Source of the DNA: Blepharisma stoltei ATCC 30299
Taxonomy: Eukaryota; Protista; Ciliophora
Direction: 5' to 3'
Length of the DNA stretch: 64,000 nucleotides
Assembly (NCBI GenBank): GCA_965603825.1
Contig: CBFDEM010000032.1
Coordinates: 620,001 to 684,000 of the forward strand
Position numbers and translations under genes: made by a program. The notes under the pieces were generated by a model, which saw only the letters and a list, made by a program, of their open reading frames with translations, did not search any database and was not told the origin of the DNA. Below are positions 39,620 to 50,159 of this stretch, piece by piece. The number at the start of each line of letters is the position of its first letter. The stretch's first letter is position 1.

Positions 39620-39860
39620 AAGTATAAAACTATTTTTTTTAAATTAATAAAATAGCAGATGCTACTCTTATTCTCTGATAATCGAAATCGAAAAGCAAAA
39701 TATTTTTGAATACTACAGCTATTTTGCAATTTTAAAAAACCGTAGAGCGCTTCCAATTATCAAGAGACTTTAGATCTCATAACATTAAATTAATATCTTT
39801 ATTGAAATTAATATATTTAAATTCATTATTCTAATAAAAATTATAAATAAAATAAATATT

Positions 39861-40549
39861 ATGAAAATCTATTCAGAGCTGATTAAAAGAATTGAAGAAG
39901 GAAACAGCTTAGAAATAGCTGTCAAAAATTTAAAACTTAAGTTTGTCCACCTCATTGATACAACTAAACAAGAAATTGATCTATTAAAGCAACAAGAGAC
40001 TTTGCTTCAGATAGCTTGTAACGATTAGCTCAGAATTTTCCAGACAGAGTGGGTTTCTTCAATGATGCCTTTAGAGCTTCCAAATACAGGTATGAGAGGT
40101 TTACATTTGTTAGACCTCCAATGTCATTCCAAATTTTAGCTGAAGGAGTCTGCATTCTACTAAATGAAAAAGAAAAATGAAATACAATTGGTGGAAAGCT
40201 TCAAAGAGTATCAGCTTTATTGGATGTAGAATATAATCAACTTTCTGAGAAAATCCTATATGATTTAGGAACAATTGTTAATGCCAATAGAAATAACATC
40301 AGTGCTTTTGATATGGTATCTACAACTGTAGCAAACTTATTCTGCTTTTTATTGACTACTTATGACTGAGCAATTACAATTAGAGATGATTTCCCACAAT
40401 TTGCAAGCTTTAAAGATATTGATAGACTTGTGAAGAAAGAATGTTTTGAGTATAGCAACTTGAAAGCTGTTAGAAATAAAATAAAGAATAAAGAAATAGA
40501 GTTAGATTTATTGATACAATGGGACTTAAAGTTATTCAAAGTATTATAG
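39861..40549 (+). pseudogene. Dynein MTBD-like copy B, frameshifted
   Basis: Net 10-nt deletion (tgtaac^gattag versus tgtaaccactacgatggattag in A) gives TAG at 40026; the rest aligns to copy A. Confidence 0.8.
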
Positions 40550-41564
40550 AAGTTTAAAACTTTTTTAATAAATTAATAAAATAGTATATATTTCTAATAT
40601 CTTCTGATACTTATATTAATACAAGCATCAGTCCATCTTATAAAATTTATTTGATTAAGTGTTTAATTCATCACTTAACTTCTAAATTTTATATTTTGCA
40701 AGTCAACCCTGATTGGACAATGTTTTGATAGGGTTGGGATCAGCCAAAGTTAGAACACTGTCACCAGAGGAAGTCTGTTGGAACTTAGAATGATCTCAAG
40801 TAGAAATGTATTGTTGACTTAGGCACAGAAAAACAAGTAGAGTCCTTTCTTTTCTTTAAGGGTCTCGCTCATCACGAACTCTAAGACGTAAATTTATGCT
40901 TTAAATGTCTCCCTCCCAGAAGCAGGCAGGAATGCACGTGATGTCATTTAGGCAATTGCCTCTCTACCTTCTCCACTACAAAAGAAATTTTTTGGTCTTT
41001 TTGGGAAGATAAAGCGTCGAGTGTAGTGATTTTCTAGAGATAAATAGAAAATAATTAATTGCATATTGCCCATTATTGCAGAGTTAGCCTTAATTAATTT
41101 TCTTTTCTTCTTGCTTTCCAGCTAAATCGAGTATTTTTTGGGGCAAGTGAATTGAGTAGAATGCTTCTGATTCATTTTCCTCTTTCACACTAAACTGATT
41201 TTTGAAAAAAAATACGCCAAAAAACAATAGTCGTTATAATATAGGCGTCTTGTGAAGGAACCTTTTCATTTTGATATTATCCAAAAATAGTCCCTGAGCT
41301 TGAACAGCATCAAATACAAGTTGATTGCTGATATTTGAATAAATTTCCTAGGATAATATAAATTCTTCTCTTCTTCTACTCCATTCAGTGCAGGAATTGA
41401 TTAGAAAGCCTGTCCAATATCCTCCATGCGTAAAAATTTATGATTAAAAAGAAAAGCCATTGAGAGTTTCCAATTATCAAGAGATTTTAGAGCAAATAGG
41501 TTCTATATTTAAATAATATATATAAATTCATTACTCTAATAAAAATTATAAATAAAAAAAAAAT

Positions 41565-42260
41565 ATGAAAATCTATTCAGAGCTAATTAAAGGCATTGAA
41601 GAAGGAAACAGCTTAGAAATAGCTGCCCAAAATTTAAAGCCTAAGCTTGTCCACATTATTGAAACAACTAAACAAGAAATTGATTTATTAAAGCAACAAG
41701 AAATTTTGCTTCAGATAGCTTGTAACCATTACGATGGATTATCTCAGAAATTTCCAGATAGAGTGAGTTTCTTAAATGATGTCTCTAGAGCTGACATGTG
41801 TGAGGCTCGTTCATATTCCAGACCTCCAATGCTTGTCCAAATTGTAGCTGAAGGAGTCGGCATTTTATTGAATGAAAAAGAAAAATGAAATACTTTTTAC
41901 CAAAAGCTTCCTTATGGAGTATCAGTTTTATTGGATGTTGAATATAATCAACTTTCTGAGAAAATCCTATATGATTTAGGAACAATTGTTAATGCTTATC
42001 GAAATAACACCAGAGCTTTTGATATGGTATCTAGAGCTGCAGCAAGATTATTCTGTTTTTTATTGGCTACTTATGACTGAGCGATTGCAATTAGAGACTA
42101 TTTCCCACAGTTTACAAGCTTCAAAGATATTGATAGACTTGTAAGAAAAGAGTTTTTTGAATATAGCAACTTGGAAGCTGTTAGAAATAAAATAAAGAAT
42201 AAAGAAATAGAGTTAGATTTATTGACACAATCAGACTTAACGTTATTGAAGATATTTTAG
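41565..42260 (+). CDS. Dynein MTBD-like copy C (231 aa, intact with TGA=Trp)
   Basis: DMCEARSYSRPPMLVQIVAEGVGILL..W...VSRAAARLFCF; closest to copy A. Confidence 0.78.
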
Positions 42261-42572
42261 AAGTATAAAACTTTTTAATAAATTAATAAAATATTATATG
42301 CTACTAATATATTTTGTAAATATGTTTTTGTCAATAATCTGCAGTTATGAGCTCTTATGATTTTTGAACGAAAAAGAAATTTTGCAAAATCTAGAAGATT
42401 TTAAATTCTTAAAATAATTTTGAATACTACAATTATTTTGCAGTTATATAACAAACGAGAAAGATTCCAATTATCAAGAGATTTTAGAGCTCATAACATT
42501 AAATTAGTATCTTTATTTAAATCAACACATATAAAATTTCATTACTATAAAATCATAAATAAAATAAATATC

Positions 42573-43271
42573 ATGAAAATCTATTCAGAGCTGATTAAAA
42601 GAATTGAAGAAGGAAAGAGCTTAGAAAAAGTCGCCAAAAATTTAAAGCCTAAACTTGTCCACCTCATTGAGATAAATAAACAAGAAATTGATCTATTAAA
42701 GCAACAAGAGATTTTGCTTCAGATAGCTTGTAACCACTACAATGAGTTAGCTTATAATTTTCCAGATAGAGTGGGTTTCTTAAATGATATCTCTAGAATT
42801 GACATGCATGAGATTTATTCATATTCCCGACTTCCAATACTTGTCCGCATGGTAGCTGAAGGAATCAGCATTCTACTTAATGAAAAAGAAAGATGAAATA
42901 TTTTTTATAAAAACCTTAATTATGATGGATTATCAGTTTTATTGGATGTTGAGTATGATCAACTTTCTAAGCAAATCCTATATGATTTAGGAACTATTGT
43001 TAATACCAATCGAAATAATATCAACACAATTTATATGATATCTGTAGCTGCAGCAAGATTATTCCACTTTTTATTAACAACTTATGACTGAGCGATTACA
43101 ATCAGAGATAATTTCCCACAGTTTTCAAACTTCAAAGATATTGATAGACTTGTAAGAAAAGAGATTTTTGAATATAGCAACTTGGAAGCTGTTAGAAATA
43201 AAATAAAGAATAAAGAAATAGAGTTAGATTTATTGATACAATTAGACTTAAAGTTATTTAATCTATTTTAG
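42573..43271 (+). CDS. Dynein MTBD-like copy D (232 aa, intact)
   Basis: ATG homologous to A/C starts; open to TAG 43269 with TGA=Trp. Confidence 0.75.
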
Positions 43272-43801
43272 AATTATAAATTTTTTTTTTTAAAAATTAA
43301 TAAAATATTATATACTCTAAAAGAGCGTCGAAATACTTCCTCCCAGGTATTCATAAGCACTTGGTGCTTCAAATACCATGGTGGAATATTTGAGTTTCAC
43401 TATCCATCTGTAATGCTTTCTAGGCCTGACCAGAACTTGGCTCACCATCTGCATTTTGGCTCCAAGTGCATAATTTAAAAAGATGAATTATCTTCCAGAA
43501 TCAATAAACGTTTTACAGATATTAATTGCAGCTCTGATTGCCTTTCTTCATAATTTTATATATTATGTATCTCTACTAAAGTGGAAAACTAATTAAACAA
43601 TTTAATATTTAAACTACAATGAGCTGTGATGTCAAACATTAATTAAAAGCTGATAATTTAATTTTAAAAATACAAAGTCGAACAAATTCTAAGCCAGAAG
43701 TAATTTATACACTTCATTTCTCCAAGCAGTAATGAGTTTAGATTTTATTGGTCGCCTATATAAAACTAAAATATTTTATTAAAGTTATTTTACATATAAC
43801 T

Positions 43802-44517
43802 ATGCTAATAAATATGAATATTTATTCAGAGTTCATTAAAGCTATTGAGCAAGGCACCAGCTTTGAAGTAGCCGCAGCCAATCTCAAGCCTAAACTTATC
43901 CACCTTATTGAGACTACTAAACAAGAAATTAATTTATTAAAGCAGCAAGAAATTCTGTTGCAGACAGCTTGCAACTACTATAATGATTTAGCTCAGAATT
44001 TTCCAGATAGAACAGGCTTTTTAAAAATTTTTGATAGAATAGAATTGTTGGAGCTTGGTTCATTTTCCTGGCCACACCCTATTATCCCTGTAGCAGAAGG
44101 CATCAGCACAATTCTAAATGAACACGGAATTTTTATGAAAAACTAATTAATCCTTTGCTACCTTCTTTAATGAATGTTGATTATAATGATATTTCTGAGC
44201 AAATCCTACAGGATTTAGGACTAATTGTGAATTCCAATCGAAATAATATTAATCAGATATACAGCATGTATAGAGGTGCTGGGAGATTATTTAGCTGGCT
44301 AGTAACTACTTATGATTGAGCTATTACAATTAGAGACCATTTCCCAAAATTTTCAAATTTTAAAGAAATTGATAGACTGATAAAAAAAGATTTCTTAGAA
44401 TATAGCTCCTTATGCGCAGTCATTAATTCAATAAAAAATAGAGAAAAAGAACTAGAATTATTAGAAAATGCTGATCTTCTAATTACAGATATTAATCACA
44501 ACACTAATTTGCCTTAA
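43802..44517 (+). pseudogene. Dynein MTBD-like copy E, frameshifted
   Basis: Net 10-nt loss across the KEKW codons relative to copy F gives TAA at 44144; downstream half still aligns. Confidence 0.75.
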
Positions 44518-44799
44518 TTCATAATTTTATATATTAGTGTTATTATTCTGGAATTTTTTACTAAAATGGAAAATCGTTAAATAATTTAATATTTAAACTA
44601 CAATGAGCTGTGATGCTAAACATTAACTAAAAACTGATAATTTAATTTTAAAAATGCAAAACCTATCACACTCTAAACCAAAAGTAATTAAAAAACTTAA
44701 AAACTATTACACTTCATGACTCCAAGCAATAAGAATTTAGATTTTATTGACTGATCCCTGTAAAACTAAAATTTTGATTAAGTATTTTACTTAGAACTA

Positions 44800-45519
44800 A
44801 TGCTAATAAATATGAATATTTATTCAGAGCTAATAAAAGCTGTTGAGCAAGGTACCAATTTTGAAGTAGCCGCAATCAATCTCAAGTCTAAAATTATCCA
44901 TCTTATTGAGACTACTAAACAAGAAATTAATTTATTAAAACAGCAAGAAATTCTGCTGCAGACAGCTTGTAACTACTATAATCGTTTAGCTCAGAATTTT
45001 CCAGATAGAATAGGTTTCTTACAAAATATATCTCTTAGAGACATGGTGGAGCTTCGCACATATGCCCGGCCTCACCCTATTATCATCCCTGTAGTAGAAG
45101 GAATTAGCATAATTCTAAATGAAAAGGAAAAATGAGTGAATTTTTGTCAAAAATTAAATTTCAACTGACTACCTTATTTAATGAATATTGATCATAATGC
45201 ACTTTCTGAGCAAACCCTACAGGATTTAGGACTAATTGTAAATGCAAATCGAGATAATATTAGTCAGATTTACATGATGTCAAGAGCTGCTGGGGAATTA
45301 TTTCGCTGGCTAGTAACTACTTATGATTGAGCTATTATAATTAGAGATCATTTCACACAGTTTTCAAATTTTAAAGAAGTTGATAGACTAGTAGAAAAAG
45401 ATTTCTTAGAATATAGCTCTTTATGTGCAGTCATTAATTCCATAAAAAATAAAGAAAAAGAGCTAGATTTATTAGAAAATATTGAGCTCCCAAGGATTAA
45501 TAAAATTTTAGGACTATAA
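44800..45519 (+). CDS. Dynein MTBD-like copy F (intact)
   Basis: DMVELRTYARPHP..VVEGISIIL..W...MSRAAGELFRWLVTTYDW; open to TAA 45517. Confidence 0.78.
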
Positions 45520-45947
45520 ATTTATATTATCTTAAATTAAGACAGCGTTTATTATATTTTATTATCCTCCTCTCTTATATACAGCACAAAGTACTTGAGG
45601 TTAGCTCATATTCCATCCACTCTTGGTAGAAATAAGAAACACTACATTTGTATTTTTTGGCTGCATATTCATATAAGTTTATAGGATTAGTACTTAGATA
45701 TTGTTGCGACTACATTGTTACGTATTTGGGTACTCATTATAGCTCTTCCAATAAAAAACATTTTCAAAAATTTGACGTAAATACGCTCTATCCGATAATT
45801 AATTTTTAAAATACAAAATCGAACACACTCTAAGCCGTAAGTAATTTATAAACCTCAAAATTACTACACTTCATTTCTCCAAGCAGTAAAGAAGTTAGAT
45901 TTTCTCTAAAAACTAAAATTTTTATAAGGTTATTTCACTTAAAACTA

Positions 45948-46666
45948 ATGCTAATAAATATGAATATTCATTCAGAGCTCATTAAATCTATTGAGCAAGG
46001 TAACAGCTTAGAAGCAACCGCAGTCAATCTCAAGTCTAAACTTATCCACCTTATTAAGACTACTAAACAAGAAATTAATTTATTAAAACAGCAAGAAATT
46101 CTCTTGCACACAGCTTGTAACTACCTCATGATTTAGCTCAGAATTTTCCAGATCGAAGGGATTTCTTAAAACATTTTGAGAGTAAAGACATGGGAGAACT
46201 TCGCCCATATTCCCGACTTCACACTCTTCTTATCCCTGTAGCAGAAGGCATGAGCACAATTCTAAAAGGAAAGGAAAAATGATATAATTTTTCTCAAAGA
46301 TTAAAGGTACCTGTGATACCTTATTTAATGAATATTGATCATAATGCACTTTCTGCGCAAACCCTACAGGAAATAGGACTAATTGTAAATGCAAATCGAA
46401 ATAATATTAATCAAATGTGAGGGTTATCACTAGCTGCTAGGGGATTATTTGGCTGGCTAGCAACTACTTATGATTGATCTATTACAATTAGAGATCGTTT
46501 CCCACAGTTTTCAAATTTTAAAGAAGTTGATAAACTGGTAGAAAAAGATTTCTTAGAATATAGCTCTTTATGCACAGTCGTTAATTCCATACAAAATAAA
46601 GAAAAAGAGCTAGATTTATTAGAAAATTATGAGCTTCCAAGAATTAATAAACTTTTAGGACTATAA
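45948..46666 (+). pseudogene. Dynein MTBD-like copy G, frameshifted
   Basis: 1-nt deletion after aactac near 46125 gives TAG at 46134; the remainder is open in the shifted frame. Confidence 0.7.
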
Positions 46667-46708
46667 ACTTATATTATCTTAGATTAAGACAGCGTATATT
46701 ATATTTTA

Positions 46709-47875
46709 TTATCCTCCTCTGCTGATATAAAGCACAAAAGTATCTCCTATCCTCAGCTCTAGTGCTTTATGTCTGTCATATACAAATCCCATCCTTTTTA
46801 CTTCAGTCACTATTTCTACACCAGGCTTTTTAATTTCAATCTGAATCCCTATCCTTGATACACTATCAGGTACAATACCCGCTTTTTCAGCTTTATAAGT
46901 ATTTCTTGACACAGTCACGTCAACCCCTGCAAATTCGCTTCTAACTAGCTTCAAAAAAGGGTAAAAATAGTCATACACATATACTTGGTTAGGCTTCCCA
47001 TAATATTCTCCATCATATCACTCAGTCTGTGACAGCTCAAGCTCACAATGTCTGGACACATTATAAAGATAAAGCTTTTTCTTTATACCGTCTGAGTCAT
47101 CCTGAGGAGTTTTTGGAAATTCAGGCTCTAATTGTAAAGATTTTAAGATTTCGTGTGTATTTTGGATTATTGGGGCTTGCCAATGGACACTTTCAAGCTT
47201 AATCAGGCCCATTAAATTGAACCAGTTAATAGCAATTTCTATATTATCGCTTATACACACAGCAGTAATTTGTTGTGTGAAAGCTCTTCTGATGTCTTCT
47301 CCATTAAATTTGCATTCGTCTCGATGTGCTCACAATTTTCTTTTGCCTTTATTTATGCAGTCGAACTTGAATTCTGATTTATATACATAATCAGATGAGT
47401 ATAGCTTGTAAGTGTACCTTAGTTTAATAGTGTGGTTTATTAATATTGGCAGAAGCTCAGCAACGATTATTCTATCAACCCTTATTCCTTTTCTTTCAGC
47501 CACAGCAATATTGGTGATATCATGGTAACTTTTTTTGAAGACTAATAAATGTGAATGAACTAATGCGAACTGAGATTCTACTGAGTTAAAAGCATGATCC
47601 ATAGCTTCCATAACTTTGACGTGTAGAGAAGCTGATAAAGCAAGAACTGTTCTTAAGTCACCCGCAAGATATTGCAGTATTCGAAAAAATGCAATTTCTG
47701 GGAGCGATAATAAGGATAGAGAGGATTTTGAATTTTGAGAGCTAAGGACTCTTTTAATCATACCTGTGTAAAGGTGTTTTCGTCTTCTTCTCATATTAGA
47801 AATATGTTTTGAACGTGTTAATTTCCCTTCGATTACTTCATCTGTTTCTTTTGGATGTGATAAATAAGGTCCCAT
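46709..47875 (-). CDS. Uncharacterised 388-aa protein with F-box-like motif
   Basis: Three ORFs in one frame joined by TGA at 47330 and 47018; LLSLPEIAFFRILQYL. Confidence 0.75.
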
Positions 47876-48045
47876 TTAATAATATGAAATTTCAAATTGG
47901 TTCTTATTATTGACGATATTTCCTATAATAAAATTTTATTTGTTTCTCATAAATAGTTTGCATTGGAGATATTAAATTATCTGATTTTAAAAAGTTGAAA
48001 AATTATTTTATATAATATCCATGATGATAACTCATCAAAGTACTT

Positions 48046-49464
48046 TTACTTTTGTATACCATTCATAAAGATCTCCAAAAATCTTTTATAGTCAATTTTT
48101 GCTTCCTTTTTCTCAATTGTTTTAATTAATTTACTTTCCACATCTTTATCTAATGCACAGCCTTCTCTTTTTATTGTTCTTCTAATATCATTTGCTGTTA
48201 TAAAGCCTTTTCTTTCAATATCGAAAAGGTCAAATATCGCCCAAATTTCTTCTTGGGAAAAATGATGCTTTGAGCATACTGCAGCTGCTAAAAATTCTGT
48301 ATAATTAATATTCCCATCTTTATCAGTATCAATTTCTTTTAAAAGCTCTTTGATTTTTTTTTCTGAAATGCTTATAGACGAGCTCTGCAAATGCTTTTGT
48401 AGCTGTTTTGTGGAAATCATCCCTTTATTTTCCTCATCAAGTTTGATAAATAATTTGTTTAGTTCTCTTAACTCATCGAAAGTTATGTTTTTAATCATCA
48501 AATTCAACAGCTCTTTACAAAATAGCGAAGACTTGCAATACTCTTGGAAAGAGACTATTAGAGAGCTATCAATCAGAGGATTATTGTCGGCAAAGATATG
48601 GAACCATTCATGATTTAATGCTTTTTTAGCAGAAATTCGTTTTGAAGGGTTCACTGACAGCAATTTTTTTATCAAGTCTTTCCCTGTGGATGAAATTTGA
48701 TTCCAACTGTCGCTAGTTGTATTAAATGATCCTCTTTTTATTTTATCAAATGTAAAAAATAAATCTTGGCAATAAAATGGCATTTCCCCATATAGCATTG
48801 TATACATTATTACCCCTATTCCCCACTCATCACATTTTTGGTTGTAATTGCCTTTGAGAACTTCTGGAGCTATGTAATAAGATGTCCCAAGCTGCTTATG
48901 CATTGATAAAAATTTGTTGTATTTTTTTGCAAAGCCAAAATCAATCAATTTTAATTCGTCGTGGTCTGGGGAGATAAATAAAAAATTCTCCGGTTTTATG
49001 TCTCTGTGAACTATTTTGTGGAGGTGTAAATAGTTTACAGCCATAAGGATTTGATTGATTAAAACTTGTGCTTCTGTCTCAGTATATTTGACTTTCTTAA
49101 GCATCCTGCCCCATAGGTGTCCACCTTCGCAATATTCAGTAGCTACATGGATACTTTTTTCATCCTCGTAAGCTTCGTAAAATCTAATAATATTTGGATG
49201 GTCTACAGATTTAAGCATTTTCACTTCTCTTAAAACTTTAGCTCTGCTGTAGTCGCTAGCACCTTTGGATATTGATTTAATTGCAACCTTGAGTGATGAG
49301 TCTGATGAGAAGGCTTCTCTGACAACTCCAAAGTGACCAGCTCCTATTATTTTTCCAAACCGATAAACTGTGCGGACAGAAATTTCTTGTATGGTTTCAC
49401 AAGAATTGTCTAAAATTGACCCGAGTGAAACTCGGTGTTGTGGCTTACTTACTACTATTCCCAT
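48046..49464 (-). CDS. Calcium-dependent protein kinase (CDPK)
   Basis: GAGHFG, VAIK, HRDIKPEN, DFG, APE, followed by EF-hands (DTDKDGNINYTE); MG N-terminus. Confidence 0.95.
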   Translation of the reverse strand: MGIVVSKPQHRVSLGSILDNSCETIQEISVRTVYRFGKIIGAGHFGVVREAFSSDSSLKVAIKSISKGASDYSRAKVLREVKMLKSVDHPNIIRFYEAYEDEKSIHVATEYCEGGHLWGRMLKKVKYTETEAQVLINQILMAVNYLHLHKIVHRDIKPENFLFISPDHDELKLIDFGFAKKYNKFLSMHKQLGTSYYIAPEVLKGNYNQKCDEWGIGVIMYTMLYGEMPFYCQDLFFTFDKIKRGSFNTTSDSWNQISSTGKDLIKKLLSVNPSKRISAKKALNHEWFHIFADNNPLIDSSLIVSFQEYCKSSLFCKELLNLMIKNITFDELRELNKLFIKLDEENKGMISTKQLQKHLQSSSISISEKKIKELLKEIDTDKDGNINYTEFLAAAVCSKHHFSQEEIWAIFDLFDIERKGFITANDIRRTIKREGCALDKDVESKLIKTIEKKEAKIDYKRFLEIFMNGIQK

Positions 49465-50159
49465 AATCTTTAATAATAAATATCTATTATAAATGGAAAT
49501 AGGTAGATTTAAAAAAAAAATTAGATTGCTTGAGCCGAGTGACCTTGTTATTAATGAGCATTAAAATATAGGACTTTTTCATGCTATTTTAAGGTTAGTT
49601 ATTATTCTTTAGATTTATAATAATGAATTTACATATTAATATTACTGAATATCATGACCATTGGGCCCAATCATTTAGTTATTATTTTATAATTTTTAAA
49701 ATTTGAAATAATTCATCTGAGAAATTTGTAAAAATAATTTTGTTATGAAAATTAGTTTATAAAAATAAATGTTTTAATCATAATTGTTTTAATTAAAGTC
49801 ATTAAGTATCAACAATTTTCAAAAATTTTTAATAATTTGACATCATGCATTTTTTGAAATTTAGATTAAAAAAAAGGCAAAAGGGCTAACTTATAAAGAG
49901 ATACAAGTCAGTTTTATATTAAATTTATACAGACAATTAGATTTGATGCCACTTAATTATAAGAATAAAAGAAGCCCGTATAGAGCGTTATCTCCCTTAA
50001 AAATTTAAAAACTTCAAAAAATAAGAAACTTTCGTAAAATATTTTAATTCATAATATTAATTTAGTCCATTTTTAAGTAAATTTAAAAGGATCAGTATAA
50101 ATTTATGCTTTGACTTTATCATTTAAATCGCATTTTATTTTTATAAAATTGTATAAAAT

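Noticed and set aside
40760-40895. RNase P/MRP RNA suggested by GAGGAAGTCTG
   Set aside because: No convincing complementary P4/CR-V strand found by eye
38924-46666. Array as exons or fragments of one dynein heavy-chain gene
   Set aside because: No AAA/P-loop sequence nearby; each unit repeats the same segment with its own ATG, stop and AT-rich flanks; introns here are only 15-16 nt
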